This document shows, piece after piece, positions 40,747-52,200 of a stretch of 64,000 bases of DNA (its first letter is position 1; every line of letters begins with the position of its first letter). Made by a program: the position numbers and the translations under genes. Origin of the DNA: Cyanobacteria bacterium P01_D01_bin.156. Its GTDB lineage: Bacteria; Cyanobacteriota; Cyanobacteriia; Phormidesmidales; Phormidesmidaceae. The notes under the pieces are model-generated. The model saw nothing but the letters and a program-made list of their open reading frames with translations, ran no database searches and was not told the origin of the DNA. Location of the stretch: positions 64,001-128,000 of the forward strand of contig JBCCQQ010000004.1 in the NCBI GenBank assembly GCA_039024555.1, in the 5' to 3' direction.

Positions 40747-42003
40747 ATGAACCTCTCTCGCTGCTTAAGTGTATTGATTGCGCTGTTGTTAACCTCTTGT
40801 AATACAGATTCTAGTAGCGATCAAAAAGAAAAGAGACTTGTCATCTTAGGGTCATTAACAGGTGTGGGACAAGAGATTGTAGAGGAAGCGTTTGCCCCCT
40901 TTACCGCTGAAACAGGCATTGAAGTTGTTTACGAAGGTACTGATGCCTTTACCACGGTGTTGCCTATCCGCGTAGAGGGGGGTAATGTGCCGGATTTAGC
41001 CATTTTTCCACAGCCGGGGCTGATGAGAGATCTGGCGAGAGAAGGGGCTCTCACTCCTTTAAATAATGTGGTGGATACAGCCGCCTTAAACAACGCTTTT
41101 AGTCCTGACTGGGTAGACTTGGGTTCAGTGAATGGTCAGATCTATGGCATCTGGATGCGGTCCGACCCCAAAAGTTTAGTCTGGTATAACCCAGAAGCAT
41201 TTGCAGCGGCAGGGTATAACATTCCTGCAAGCTGGGCTGAACTAATGGCCCTAACTGAAACAATTGCCGCGACAGGAACTCCCCCTTGGTGCTTGGGCAT
41301 GGAAAGTGGGGAAGCCACCGGCTGGGTAGGAACAGATTGGGTGGAAGATATTTTGTTGCGTACCGCTGGACCTGAGGTTTACGACCAGTGGGTGGCCCAC
41401 GAAATCCCCTTTAATTCTGCACCCGTTAAAGAAGCCGTAACAACATTTGGCCAAATTGTTCGTAATGAGCGCTATGTGCTAGGGGGCACCATCGGAGCCA
41501 TCAGCACCCCCTTTGGAGATGCACCTGCTCCTTTATTTGATCAGCCGCCAGGATGTTACCTACACCGACAAGCTAGCTTCATCACAGATTTTTTACCAGA
41601 AGAGGTCCAACCGGGTGTGGATACACAAGTGTTTCTACTACCGGGAGACAACGCCTCAGCGCCTCTACTCACCGGAGGATTAGTGATAGCCATGACCAGC
41701 AACACTTCTGCAGCCCAGGCTGCCATGAACTATCTAACCACCGTTACGCCCCATGAAAGCTGGGCCGCTCGCGGCTACATTAGCCCACACACTCAAGTCG
41801 ACCTGGCCATTTACCCCAACGATGGAATCAGGCAAATGGCAGAGGTATTAGCTCAAGCAGACACGATTCGGTTTGATGGCTCTGACTTGATGCCAGCAGC
41901 CGTCGGCACTGGCACATTTTGGACTGAGATGGTGAACTACGTCAGTGGCACGGACATCGAAACAGTTTTATCAGCCATTGATGATAGTTGGCCTGAAGAG
42001 TAA
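40747..42003 (+). CDS. Sugar ABC transporter substrate-binding lipoprotein (AglE-like)
   Basis: Lipobox LLTSC, PDLAIFPQPG, KSLVWYN, ATGWVGTDWVED, RFDGSDLMP; start MNLSR at 40747. Confidence 0.88.
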   Translation: MNLSRCLSVLIALLLTSCNTDSSSDQKEKRLVILGSLTGVGQEIVEEAFAPFTAETGIEVVYEGTDAFTTVLPIRVEGGNVPDLAIFPQPGLMRDLAREGALTPLNNVVDTAALNNAFSPDWVDLGSVNGQIYGIWMRSDPKSLVWYNPEAFAAAGYNIPASWAELMALTETIAATGTPPWCLGMESGEATGWVGTDWVEDILLRTAGPEVYDQWVAHEIPFNSAPVKEAVTTFGQIVRNERYVLGGTIGAISTPFGDAPAPLFDQPPGCYLHRQASFITDFLPEEVQPGVDTQVFLLPGDNASAPLLTGGLVIAMTSNTSAAQAAMNYLTTVTPHESWAARGYISPHTQVDLAIYPNDGIRQMAEVLAQADTIRFDGSDLMPAAVGTGTFWTEMVNYVSGTDIETVLSAIDDSWPEE

Positions 42004-42521
42004 CTATGGGCAGCTAAACCATAAAGTTCAAGGGTCTGGGCATAGTAATCATCAGTAAAGCCCAGAGACTGCAGGTTTAAACGGGCCATGACTCGTTGAG
42101 AGCGAATGTTATCCGCCATGGTGACCGCGTAAATGGTCTCTAATCCCACTGCTGTAAATCCGTAGTGCAGGATGGTTCGGGCTGCTTCGGCAGCATAGCC
42201 ATACCCCCAGCTGGCGGGACGAAAATGCCAGCCAATTTGAATGTTTTCGCTGTAGGTTTTGTCTCGTTTAGGCAACGGTACCAGCAATATATTCCCAATT
42301 ACCCGATCAATGGCTTTGTCTACAAAGGCCCAAACACCTAAGCCATCTTGAGTGCGATCGCAATAACGCATCAGCCGCTCTTGGGTCATTTGAATAGATC
42401 GGTCTGTATCCTCTGACAACCAGCGTGTAACCCGTGGATCGCTGTATATGTCAAATGCCTGTTGAGCATCGTAAATCGGTTGCCAATTACGGATAATTAA
42501 GCGATCAGTTGTCAGTCGCAT
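41937..42521 (-). CDS. RimJ/RimL-type GNAT acetyltransferase
   Basis: LTTDRLIIR, IGW, WGYGYAAEAA, NIRSQRV; start at 42521. Confidence 0.88.
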   Translation of the reverse strand: MRLTTDRLIIRNWQPIYDAQQAFDIYSDPRVTRWLSEDTDRSIQMTQERLMRYCDRTQDGLGVWAFVDKAIDRVIGNILLVPLPKRDKTYSENIQIGWHFRPASWGYGYAAEAARTILHYGFTAVGLETIYAVTMADNIRSQRVMARLNLQSLGFTDDYYAQTLELYGLAAHSYSSGQLSSMADKTVSMSVPLT

Positions 42522-42829
42522 AGAAGCACAAAATGATAACGATAGCTGTTTGTCGAGCAGTAATGGACCACATTTTAGCGACACAAGATTAAGACGAACT
42601 GCCGAATTTAGTAATTGTTGAAGATTTAAAGCATTCTCAAACAGTTTGACGATTCACAGCTCACCGTTTCAACCCAACCCTTTAAAGTTGACGGTCCAGT
42701 GGTCTGTTAGGATTCAATTTTCAGGTTTAAGAGACGATTGACAGTATGGCTGTCACAGTTGAAACGCTACTCACTACTCATGATTCACTGCTTACCCTCC
42801 CAACCCGAATATTTAAAGTTGACAGTCTA

Positions 42830-43240
42830 CTAGGAGCGGTTAACTAAGGGCCAGAGGGGATGGGACTCTCCCTGACGACGAATTTTAGCAAGCTGAGCTT
42901 CTAAACGTCTGCGTTCAAAGGGAGAAAGCCCTAGGGTAAGATGACGCAGCTCTCGAACAACAAGCATGCTGGCCAAACCAATGCAGAAGAAAAAGCCCAC
43001 TGCCCCGAGAAAGTTATACTTCAAACCATAGTAAACAGCCGTCCAAGTGAAATAGTCCACCAACAAACTGATTTCACGTCGCAACTGCCATAGGGTCAGG
43101 GGACCTACCGTTAACCATACGGCAACCGTAAGCCGCCACCAAAGGGTGAGCGTATGCTGCCGCAGTGCCTCAATAGCGCGCTCCGTCGCAATGTTTGAAT
43201 ATTGACTATCAATATGGCGAGAACTCTTAGAAGACGTCAC
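42830..43240 (-). CDS. Hypothetical membrane protein
   Basis: Two TM segments; FTWTA, IRRQGESHPLW. Confidence 0.75.
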   Translation of the reverse strand: MTSSKSSRHIDSQYSNIATERAIEALRQHTLTLWWRLTVAVWLTVGPLTLWQLRREISLLVDYFTWTAVYYGLKYNFLGAVGFFFCIGLASMLVVRELRHLTLGLSPFERRRLEAQLAKIRRQGESHPLWPLVNRS

Positions 43241-43378
43241 GGCTTATCTCATGTCCGTTTTTTCTAGCTTAGCGCTGAGATGAAATTACTGCCGATGCTC
43301 GGGATGACTTTAGTCTTCAAATTCTTCACCTTGCAAGGGTTGACAGCTCGTTTCATCATCTAAATCAGAACCGAAAAA

Positions 43379-44332
43379 CTACTCGGCTGCCGGTTCCGGT
43401 GTCTCAGTCATAGGATTAGACCGATCCCGCCACCAGGCCAAAAGCGTACTCGCAATAAAAATACTGGAATAGGCTCCTGCTACAAATCCAACGATCAGAG
43501 CCAGCGCAAAGAACTTAAGCGTATCGCCCCCAAAAATAACAATGGCTACTAGCGGAAGCACCGTCGTCATTGTGGTGTTAATGGAGCGCCCCAGGGTCTG
43601 ATTGACCGCATCATTAACGACTTCGGTTACCCCCTGTTCCGGCATCAACTTAAAGTTCTCTCGAATCCGGTCATAAATAACCACAGTATCGTTCACAGAG
43701 AAACCCACAATGGTGAGTAAAGCCACAATAAACAAACTATCGGCCTCATACCCTAAAGCCAGACCCAAAATAGAAAAGATACCTAACGTGATGAGAACAT
43801 CATGAATCAGCGCCAGTAGCGCCAGCACCGCATAGTCAAACTTAAACCGCAGACTTAAATAAACGGTAATGCCTGCAAAAGCAACTAGAAGAGAAAGCAA
43901 CCCAGCCACAAGCAACTGTTTACCAATGGTAGGGCCGACCACATCAATCTTTGAGGCTGTGGGATCCACCGCCCCCAAGTTCTCCTCTAGGGCAGCTCGC
44001 AGGGTACTCTGCTCATCCACACTTAAATCGCGAGTACGAATGGCCAGAGCCTGCCCTGAATCGCCCACCAGCTGAACACTGCTGCCCTCCAGACCTTGCC
44101 CATCTAGAATGGTGCGAATATCGATAATATCAATAGGATTTTCACAGGCGGCGGCATCGGCACAGCTACGTTCTATCTGCAGTCGGGTACCACCCACAAA
44201 ATCTAACCCTGGTTTAACGGGGCCCTTAAACTGGGTCCATGAGAATGCCATGGCAGCAATGCTGACAACAATCAGAAGACTAGAAACCAGCCACCAAGTG
44301 CCCCGTTGTTTAACAATGTTTAGTTTCATCAT
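43379..44332 (-). CDS. secF: Protein translocase subunit SecF
   Basis: [32 protein letters not shown]. Confidence 0.97.
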   Translation of the reverse strand: MMKLNIVKQRGTWWLVSSLLIVVSIAAMAFSWTQFKGPVKPGLDFVGGTRLQIERSCADAAACENPIDIIDIRTILDGQGLEGSSVQLVGDSGQALAIRTRDLSVDEQSTLRAALEENLGAVDPTASKIDVVGPTIGKQLLVAGLLSLLVAFAGITVYLSLRFKFDYAVLALLALIHDVLITLGIFSILGLALGYEADSLFIVALLTIVGFSVNDTVVIYDRIRENFKLMPEQGVTEVVNDAVNQTLGRSINTTMTTVLPLVAIVIFGGDTLKFFALALIVGFVAGAYSSIFIASTLLAWWRDRSNPMTETPEPAAE

Positions 44333-44334
44333 AG

Positions 44335-45759
44335 TTATCCGTTAGAGGGCAGCTCGGTATTAAGGCTAGGTGAAAAGTATCCCACCTTCCGAAATTGAGG
44401 AAAGCTAATCACAAAGAACAAGAGATTACGCGTGCAGGTAAATGCAGTAAACAAACTAACGGCCACACCAACAGCAAGCGTCAGGGCAAATCCCTTAACG
44501 AGACCGGCACCAAACCAGAACAAGGCAGCACAGGCAATAATCGTGGTTACATTACTGTCGAGAATACTGGAAAATGCCCGATAAAAGCCTGATTCGACAG
44601 AACGATAGAGGGTTTTTCCGGCCCGCAGTTCCTCGCGGGTACGTTCAAAGATAAGCACATTGGCATCAACCGCCATACCAATGCTCAGAATAAACCCAGC
44701 AATACCCGGCAGAGTCATCGTGACACCCAAAATGTTATAGGCGGCCCAGGTGAGTAGGGCGTAAACCACGAGAGCGATATCGGCAAGAATCCCAGGTAGC
44801 CGATAGTACACAGCCATAAAAACAAGTACTAGAACAAGACCGACAATGCCAGCATAGAGACTGCGCTGGATGCTATCGCGGCCCAAAGTTGCGCCCACGG
44901 TACGATTTTCAACAACTTCTACAGGAACCGGTAATGCCCCACCTCGCAGTTGAATTTCTAAATCCCTAGCGGCTTCGGCATTGAAGCTACCGGAGATCGT
45001 TGCACTATTGCCAGGTATGCCGGTAGCCGCGTACTGCACATCAACTGTTGGGGCACTAATTAGGCGATTGTCAAGAAAAATACCCAAGACTCGACCTGTA
45101 CCGGCAATATTGCGAGTCATTTCAGTAAAGAGATTGCCACCTTCGTTATTGAAATAGATAGAAACCTGCCATGACTGACTTGTACCAATAGGACTTGCTA
45201 AAGCATCGGTCAGCTTGTCGCCCTTAAGGTCGGTGTCGTCAAACAGCTCAAGCAGGGTTTCTCGACTAGATCGAAGATTGGATGTGATTTGTTCTAGCTC
45301 AGCTAATTGATCATCGGTAATGTTTTCACTACCGACAGCAAGAATTGTTGCCTGTTGAACTTCTTGTTGATTGATAATGTCCGAAATGGCTCTTAGCTCA
45401 CCTTCGGTGTCCGGTTTTTGGGATCGAAACTCCAGCTGAGCAGTACCGCCCAAAACCCGCTGGGCCTGGCCAGGGTCGCTGACGCCAGGTAACTGAATCA
45501 ATAATTGATCTTGACCAGAGGTTTGTACAATCGCTTCGGAAACCCCTAGGCCATTGACTCGGTTTTCAATCACCCGTTGAACGGCTTCGAGTTCGCGTTC
45601 AGAGATGCGGGGAATCTCCTCGTTGGTTAGGACCTGGAGAGTCAACTGCGACCCCCCGCGCAGATCGAGGCCTAACTGGGTAGGTAGTTGGATAATGGTA
45701 AATATGGCTGCGATCGCAAGCGCCACAATCACCACCAACATCGAGCGCTGTTTACCCAT
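44335..45759 (-). CDS. secD: Protein translocase subunit SecD
   Basis: [30 protein letters not shown]. Confidence 0.97.
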   Translation of the reverse strand: MGKQRSMLVVIVALAIAAIFTIIQLPTQLGLDLRGGSQLTLQVLTNEEIPRISERELEAVQRVIENRVNGLGVSEAIVQTSGQDQLLIQLPGVSDPGQAQRVLGGTAQLEFRSQKPDTEGELRAISDIINQQEVQQATILAVGSENITDDQLAELEQITSNLRSSRETLLELFDDTDLKGDKLTDALASPIGTSQSWQVSIYFNNEGGNLFTEMTRNIAGTGRVLGIFLDNRLISAPTVDVQYAATGIPGNSATISGSFNAEAARDLEIQLRGGALPVPVEVVENRTVGATLGRDSIQRSLYAGIVGLVLVLVFMAVYYRLPGILADIALVVYALLTWAAYNILGVTMTLPGIAGFILSIGMAVDANVLIFERTREELRAGKTLYRSVESGFYRAFSSILDSNVTTIIACAALFWFGAGLVKGFALTLAVGVAVSLFTAFTCTRNLLFFVISFPQFRKVGYFSPSLNTELPSNG

Positions 45760-45859
45760 GGCCGTTCTCCATTCTATCCATACACCAGTTTATGTAAGCG
45801 TTCCAACAGGACATCCTAGTATAGGATGCCACTGATACCCCAGAATTCTCGACAAAAGT

Positions 45860-45896
45860 AAAAAAAGCGCGGAAGCCCCTTAGCCTCCGACGCTTC
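45860..45896 (-). terminator. Probable terminator after pdhB
   Basis: Imperfect GC stem with a T run on the minus strand. Confidence 0.5.
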
Positions 45897-45915
45897 GTTG
45901 ATATGTTCTGAGCAG

Positions 45916-46899
45916 CTACACCCGAGCAGTCATCATCTTTTCAACCGCTTCAACAATTTGTTTAGGTTGCACAATCGTCAAACTTTCCAATCGGCCATTG
46001 TAGGGCGTAGGAATGTCCTGAGACGACAGACGCATAACTGGCGCATCAAGCTCATCAAAGAACCGATCGTTAATAGAAGCGATAATTTCTGCCGCAATCC
46101 CCCCGGTCCGCATACACTCTTCCACAATAATGACTCGGTGGGTCTTACGAAGAGACTGACCAATAGTGTCGTAATCGATGGGCTTAAGAGAGATTAAATC
46201 AATGACTTCAGGATCAAATCCTTGCGCTTCAATCGCTTTAACCGCCTGCAGTACATGATGGCGCATCCGAGAATAGGTCAAAATTGTGACATCCTTACCA
46301 GGACGCACCACATCAGCCTTGTCTAACGGCACCAAATATTCATCATCAGGCAAATCCTCTTTCAAGTTGTAGAGCAGCACATGCTCAAAAAAGAGGACAG
46401 GATTTTTATCTCGAATTGCGGACTTAAGCAATCCCTTAGCATTGTGAGGTGTTGAGCAGGCCACAATTTTCAACCCAGGCACCGCCTGAAAATAAGCCTC
46501 CAAGCGCTGGGAGTGCTCTGCCCCTAGCTGCCGACCCACACCACCAGGGCCGCGAATCACCATCGGAATATGATAGTTGCCACCGGAAGTATAGGGCAAC
46601 ATGCCGGCATTGTTGGCAATCTGGTTAAAGGCCAACAGCAAAAAGCCCATATTCATGCCTTCAACAATGGGTCTTAGTCCGGTCATGGCTGCCCCCACTG
46701 CCATTCCCGTAAAGCTATTTTCAGCAATGGGAGTATCAAGTACCCTCAGAGGTCCATATTTCTCATACAGTCCCTTAGTAACTTTATAGGAACCACCATA
46801 GTGACCCACGTCTTCACCCAAAACAAAGACGGTTTCGTCCCGGGCCATTTCTTCATCCACTGCTTCTCGCAGGGCATTAAATAAAACTGTTTCTGCCAT
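45916..46899 (-). CDS. pdhB: Pyruvate dehydrogenase E1 beta subunit
   Basis: [27 protein letters not shown]. Confidence 0.97.
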   Translation of the reverse strand: MAETVLFNALREAVDEEMARDETVFVLGEDVGHYGGSYKVTKGLYEKYGPLRVLDTPIAENSFTGMAVGAAMTGLRPIVEGMNMGFLLLAFNQIANNAGMLPYTSGGNYHIPMVIRGPGGVGRQLGAEHSQRLEAYFQAVPGLKIVACSTPHNAKGLLKSAIRDKNPVLFFEHVLLYNLKEDLPDDEYLVPLDKADVVRPGKDVTILTYSRMRHHVLQAVKAIEAQGFDPEVIDLISLKPIDYDTIGQSLRKTHRVIIVEECMRTGGIAAEIIASINDRFFDELDAPVMRLSSQDIPTPYNGRLESLTIVQPKQIVEAVEKMMTARV

Positions 46900-46945
46900 C
46901 AGATACCTATGAATAATGTGCTAACTGCGATCGGTTAAATATTGA

Positions 46946-47974
46946 CTACTCTTCAGCAAAGATGTAGCGGTATAGCTCATCGGGAGAAGGTTCAGGACTG
47001 GCCTCAGCAAATTTCACAGCCTCTTCCACATGGGCCTCAATGCGCTTTTTAATCGCCTTAAGCTCAGCATCATTGGCTAAATTTTGCTCGATTAAATAGG
47101 CTTCCATACGCGTGAGCGGATCGCGCGCTTGCCATTCATCCTTCTCAGATTTGGAACGCAGTTCATCAGGATCTGCCAAGGAGTGGCCCCGGAATCGATA
47201 GGTGAGACATTCAATCAGTGTCGGTCCTTCTCCAGCACGGGCTCGAGCAACCGCCTGCTGAGCTACATCCCGAACAGCCAGCACATCCATACCGTCTACT
47301 TCATACCCCGGTATGCCAAACACGCTAGCCTTGCGGTAGATTTCCGTCTGCGAAGAAGCTCGTTCGTGGGCCATACCAATCGCCCACTTATTATTTTCCA
47401 CAACAAATAGAATAGGCAGCTTCCACAACGCTGCCATATTCAAACACTCAAAGAACTGACCATTATTGGTGGTGCCATCCCCAAAGAATGCAGCCGTCAC
47501 CTGGTCAGCAGAGGCATCCCCCAAAGCATCGCGGCGGTAACGAGACTGAAATGCCGCTCCTAGGGCGACGGGTATCCCTTCTCCAATAAAGGCAAAACCA
47601 CCCAGCAAATTGTGCTCTTTGGAGAACATGTGCATGGAGCCGCCCCGGCCCTTACTGCAGCCGGTTTCTTTACCAAAAAGTTCTGCCATTACGGCATTGG
47701 CTGGGACACCAGCACTTAGGGCATGAACATGGTCACGATAGGTACTGCAGACAAAATCATCGGGGCGCATAGATTTAATAACCCCGGTAGATACGGCCTC
47801 TTGGCCGTTGTAAAGATGCACAAAGCCAAACATCTTGCCTCGGTAGTACATTTCGGCACATTTGTCCTCAAAGTACCGGCCCAGAACCATATCTTCGTAT
47901 AGCCTCAGGCCCTCTTGCTTATCAATCTTTGCTGAAGTCGCTTGAAATGTTGGTAATGTCCTTTCCTGAACCAT
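46946..47974 (-). CDS. pdhA: Pyruvate dehydrogenase E1 alpha subunit
   Basis: [28 protein letters not shown]; start MVQERT. Confidence 0.97.
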   Translation of the reverse strand: MVQERTLPTFQATSAKIDKQEGLRLYEDMVLGRYFEDKCAEMYYRGKMFGFVHLYNGQEAVSTGVIKSMRPDDFVCSTYRDHVHALSAGVPANAVMAELFGKETGCSKGRGGSMHMFSKEHNLLGGFAFIGEGIPVALGAAFQSRYRRDALGDASADQVTAAFFGDGTTNNGQFFECLNMAALWKLPILFVVENNKWAIGMAHERASSQTEIYRKASVFGIPGYEVDGMDVLAVRDVAQQAVARARAGEGPTLIECLTYRFRGHSLADPDELRSKSEKDEWQARDPLTRMEAYLIEQNLANDAELKAIKKRIEAHVEEAVKFAEASPEPSPDELYRYIFAEE

Positions 47975-48504
47975 TGGCTCGTCAATCGCCTCGCCGCAAC
48001 ACAAACTATGATTATTCCAAAAAAATGATCACTTCATGATCATCTTTGGAGGTACGCACACGCTCATTGGTCTACTTATGTAGACTCGACCGACCATAAT
48101 TTTAGACGACAACACACCATTCCAAGCGCGTTATGTCCATATAGGGTCTGCAAATGTTCAATGAATATTCAATTAGATTAAGTTGATGATAAAGATACAT
48201 GGGTAGGCTCTATCATGGCTGGCCAAGTGCCAATCTCGTCAAATGTTGCTGATAAGTGTGTCATCGAGCAAATGTAATCAGAAATTGACTCATTCCATCC
48301 CTAATCGAGCGCCTGAAAACCTTGATTTCTTGCTTTAGGCTTTCAAATATCAGCATTTCATAGCTATTATGTATGCGGTTTTTAGTAGGCCATCATTTTT
48401 TCAAAACGGATTCGGTACTATCTGGCCATTACTGGTGTTTATGTATCGAGCTCTAAGTCAGCCAAGACTCAATTTAAGTCAACTTAAGCGCTAAGGAAGG
48501 CACT

Positions 48505-50574
48505 GTGCAAATTCCGCTAGATTATTACCGAATCCTGGGGCTACCCATACAAGCGACAGCGGAACAACTGGAGCAAGCTCACCGTGACCGCATTCTACAG
48601 CTTCCCCGACGGGAATATTCAGACCTTGCTATTCAGTCACGGAAGCAGCTGATAGATATTGCCTACAGTGCGTTAGAAAATTCTAGTCAGCGCCGCGACT
48701 ACGATACTCAACTCATCGCAGCAAGTGGACCAACGGGCTCTGCTCCAGTCACCATCGATATCTATGATGGGCAAGTCATTGGTGCCTTGTTGATTTTGTT
48801 AGAGCTAGGAGAATACGAGCTCGTTATTCGCCATGGGCGGCCTTACTTGAGCAGTGGCTCTGACCAGCTCCAAGGAGCCGGTGAAGCGTTGGCTGATGTC
48901 GTGTTAACCATTGGCTTGGCCTGTTTGGAGCTAGGACGTGAGCAATGGCAGCAGCATCAATATGAAAATGCTGCCGAGTCCTTGGAAACTGGCCATGAAC
49001 TGATGGTTAAGGAAAACCTATTTCCAGCGGTTCAGGCTGAAATTCAAGCTGACTTGGACAAACTCAAGCCCTACCGAATCCTTGAGCTTGTGGCGCGTCC
49101 TTTAAACGATAAGGCGGCACGTAGACAAGGCATAGAGTTACTCAAGGCCATGCTGGCCCAGCGCGGGGGAATTGATGGGGCTTATGACGATGCTTCGGGT
49201 CTCAATGTTGAAGATTTTTTGCGCTTTGTACAGCAGTTGCGCAGCTATCTAACTTCGGCAGAACAGCAGGAAATTTTTGAAGTAGAAGCCCAGCGCCCTT
49301 CATCTGTCGGGGTTTATTTATCGGTGTATGCCCTATTGGCGCGAGGGTTTGCTAAGCATCAACCCAGCCTAGTACACCAAGCTAAACAACGGTTATCATC
49401 CTTGACAGAGCGTCAGGATGTTTATCTTGAGCAAGCTGTATGTGCCGTCCTTCTGGGGCAAACCGAAGAGGCCACCTATGCCCTAGAGCGAAGCCATGAG
49501 CGGGACCCGATCTCTTTTATTAGGGAAAATTCTGCTGGAGCACCGGACTTATTACCGGGTTTGTGCCTTTACACTGAGCGTTGGCTACAGCAAGACGTTT
49601 TTCCATTTTTTAGGGACCTAGATCAAAGTCACGTCACCCTTAAACATTACTTTGCCAATGAACAGGTGCAAGCCTACCTAGAGGCCATGCCTTCTGAAAA
49701 TTCTGTAACCCCAGGTACCCAGTGGGGGGGTACAGATTATGGCAGTAGCACGCCAAGTAGTTACAAACGTCCATCTATAGGGGCCGCAGGTGCAGCTTTT
49801 GGTGCCGCCGGGACAGCTGTGGCAGCGGGTGCGGCAACGGGTCTAGGAGCAGCAACGGCCCCCCCACCACGCCCTAGATATACTGCTGAGCAGGTGTCGG
49901 ACCTCTCACCCGAGGGCTCTCTCGGCGAAGCCAGTATTAGCTCGACTGTAGCCTTTGAGGATGACACCAACACCAGCCCATCACGGAGACGTTCCTCTGC
50001 GCCCAAGTGGGGACGGCTGGCATTGGTGTTCTTACTGGGCCTTCTAGGTCTGGGAATACTAGGATTTATCGTGGCTCAGCTATTAGGCTGGCTGGGAGGC
50101 CTGTTCAGTGGGCCACAGCTCCAGGGTGATCCGCTGGATGTAGATGTATCTCGGCCTGCTATTGAGCTACCGGAAGAAAGTACTCAGCCTTTGCCTACCG
50201 GCATTCAGGAAATTGCCGAAACCACAATTCAGTCCTGGTATCAGGCAAAATCTGAGGCCATGGGACCTCAGTGGAATGCAGATGCGCTTTCAGAGATTTT
50301 GCTGGAACCGGCTTTAGCAGAGTGGATTGGCCGAGTTGAAAAGAATCAGGCAGACGGTGTACACGTTGAATATCAGCAAACTATTCAAAATCTAACCGCT
50401 GAAGAAATTACTGAAGACCAAATCAAGGTTACAGCTGATGTGGATGAAACAGCTGAGGCTTATCAGTTTGGACTGTTAAGTGATGAAGCCTCCTATGAAG
50501 AACAATTAACGGTGGAATATACCCTCCAAAAGCAGGATGATAAGTGGATGATCGAATCCTTTGTTGTTCAGTAG
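48505..50574 (+). CDS. ftn2: Cell division protein Ftn2/ZipN (ARC6 family)
   Basis: IPLDYYRILG J-like domain, DLLPGLCLYTERWL, FFRDL, TM segment, C-terminal IMS-like domain. Confidence 0.9.
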   Translation: MQIPLDYYRILGLPIQATAEQLEQAHRDRILQLPRREYSDLAIQSRKQLIDIAYSALENSSQRRDYDTQLIAASGPTGSAPVTIDIYDGQVIGALLILLELGEYELVIRHGRPYLSSGSDQLQGAGEALADVVLTIGLACLELGREQWQQHQYENAAESLETGHELMVKENLFPAVQAEIQADLDKLKPYRILELVARPLNDKAARRQGIELLKAMLAQRGGIDGAYDDASGLNVEDFLRFVQQLRSYLTSAEQQEIFEVEAQRPSSVGVYLSVYALLARGFAKHQPSLVHQAKQRLSSLTERQDVYLEQAVCAVLLGQTEEATYALERSHERDPISFIRENSAGAPDLLPGLCLYTERWLQQDVFPFFRDLDQSHVTLKHYFANEQVQAYLEAMPSENSVTPGTQWGGTDYGSSTPSSYKRPSIGAAGAAFGAAGTAVAAGAATGLGAATAPPPRPRYTAEQVSDLSPEGSLGEASISSTVAFEDDTNTSPSRRRSSAPKWGRLALVFLLGLLGLGILGFIVAQLLGWLGGLFSGPQLQGDPLDVDVSRPAIELPEESTQPLPTGIQEIAETTIQSWYQAKSEAMGPQWNADALSEILLEPALAEWIGRVEKNQADGVHVEYQQTIQNLTAEEITEDQIKVTADVDETAEAYQFGLLSDEASYEEQLTVEYTLQKQDDKWMIESFVVQ

Positions 50575-50667
50575 ATTTATTAATGTCGCAAGACCTTGTA
50601 GGTTATATCCGCAAGATACTGAACCCAGCGAGTTGTAAAATCACTTTGCATTCCAAATCAGCGACAG

Positions 50668-51333
50668 TTGCTACCCCATTACAAAGCTAAACAGGTATCC
50701 GTTAATCGTCGTCGCCATTACGAGGTTGAGGGACAACGTTTTCCAGGAGTAACCACGATTTTGTCTGCCACAAAACCACGAGAAGCTAAAGAGCGACTGT
50801 GGCGCTGGCGAGAGCGCATCGGTTCTGAAGAAGCTAACCGCATCACGGCTAAAGCTTCCCGATCCGGTACCCGTATTCACAAAGTGATCAAGGCCTATTT
50901 GCGTCAGGAAGATTGGGCACTGCCAGAAGGAACAGAAGGATTTTGGACATCCATTGAACCAGTACTTAAGGAGATAAACCAGGTTTTATTGGTCGAAGGG
51001 GCCGTGTGGCACCCGCTAAAATTTGCCGGCTATCCCGATGCCCTAATGGTGTATGACGGGCAACTGCTGATATGTGACTGGAAAACAGCTCGACGGCCTA
51101 AGCAAGCGGAGTGGATTGAGGATTATTTTTTACAGGTAGCGGCCTACTGCTGGGCCGTGAACTGGGTATACCGTGACCACGATATTACGGTAGAACGAGC
51201 TATGGTTGCGATCGCGCTAGAAGACCACCCAGCTCAGCTTTTTAAGCTAGAGCCCGATCAACTGAATCAGCACTGGAGACAATTTCAGCAAAGGCTGCAT
51301 CAGTATTATCGTTTTCACGCTCCAGCCACCTAA
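50668..51333 (+). CDS. PD-(D/E)XK nuclease superfamily protein
   Basis: PGVTTIL, GTRIH, E..V, AGYPD, DWKT, YFLQVAAY. Confidence 0.85.
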   Translation: MLPHYKAKQVSVNRRRHYEVEGQRFPGVTTILSATKPREAKERLWRWRERIGSEEANRITAKASRSGTRIHKVIKAYLRQEDWALPEGTEGFWTSIEPVLKEINQVLLVEGAVWHPLKFAGYPDALMVYDGQLLICDWKTARRPKQAEWIEDYFLQVAAYCWAVNWVYRDHDITVERAMVAIALEDHPAQLFKLEPDQLNQHWRQFQQRLHQYYRFHAPAT

Positions 51334-51563
51334 AATCAGGGCTTTCTCTATTGCCCAAAGCAAATTAACGACTTTGCCACATTCTGACTTCTACGCGTAT
51401 TTGCTGAGATATACTGCCAAATTGACCGTAGTTAAGGCCATCAGAGCCGCGGCACTTAACACTCCTTTAATTACGACTAGAGAGAATTTGCTATACTTCG
51501 TTCGGTCAAATTTGATACGAGCACACGTTTTTCCTGTAGTTATCGCTTTTAAGGAGCTTTATT

Positions 51564-51911
51564 ATGGCCTATCTAATTCCGTTTATCGTTACCTGGTTGA
51601 TTACAACTATTGCCCTTGTAATCATCACCTTTCTACCCACTGGGGTCGAATCCGATAGCTTTGGCAAGACTGCTATTACAGCCTTAGTATTTGGTGTGCT
51701 AAACGGTATTGTTGGCATCATAGCCGGTCTACCAATCCTAGGGGGGTTGGTTTGGCTAGTCACCCTAGGAGGACTGCTACTTAACCTGGTTTTGTTTGGT
51801 CTGTCTGCCAAGCTAGTAGAGGGCTTCCGACTACGCTGGGGTGTCTGGAGTGCCATTATTGGTTCTTTTTTGCTCTCCGTCATCACATCTGTCCTGAGCG
51901 CCATCATCTAA
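51564..51911 (+). CDS. YvlD/'phage holin' family membrane protein
   Basis: Four TM segments; GV..DSF..A, ALVFGVLN, VEGF; AAGGAG RBS. Confidence 0.8.
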   Translation: MAYLIPFIVTWLITTIALVIITFLPTGVESDSFGKTAITALVFGVLNGIVGIIAGLPILGGLVWLVTLGGLLLNLVLFGLSAKLVEGFRLRWGVWSAIIGSFLLSVITSVLSAII

Positions 51912-52061
51912 CTAATAGCGCTTTGAATCATCCTTATTCCTAGGATCGGCAGTTTAATGATGTACCGATTTATCCCCTCTGGGGAGGGGACAGAATAGCT
52001 CACTTTGCTTCAAGCAAAATTATGGACGTTATTAAATCCTGATTCCTTAGGAACCGATTCA

Positions 52062-52152
52062 GCTGTTGCTGATTTTTTGGATGACCGAGCAGATGAACCA
52101 GCCTTATCACCCCCTTTTCTAGGCAAATTCATACCGATAAATCAGCAACGCC
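52062..52152. mobile_element. ~91-bp MITE-like element (reverse orientation relative to the 32759 copy)
   Basis: GCTGTTGCTGAT-N5-GGATGA ... TCATACC-N5-ATCAGCAACGCC. Confidence 0.65.
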
Positions 52153-52169
52153 CCATATCAATACATTTT

Positions 52170-52200
52170 TAAAAAAGGAGCGATCTACGCTCCTTTTTTA
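52170..52200. terminator. Bidirectional terminator
   Basis: TAAAAAAGGAGCG-ATCTA-CGCTCCTTTTTTA. Confidence 0.7.

Noticed and set aside
42665..42766. GTTTCAAC/GTTGAAAC resembling CRISPR repeat ends
   Set aside because: The two are inverted rather than direct, there is no repeat-spacer periodicity, and no cas genes are present
50668..51333. Cas4
   Set aside because: Lacks the four-Cys Fe-S arrangement; no cas1/cas2 or array nearby
51564..51911. Prophage lysis cassette (holin with the 6204 lysozyme)
   Set aside because: The genes are 45 kb apart, YvlD-type proteins are common chromosomal genes, and no structural or integrase genes are present
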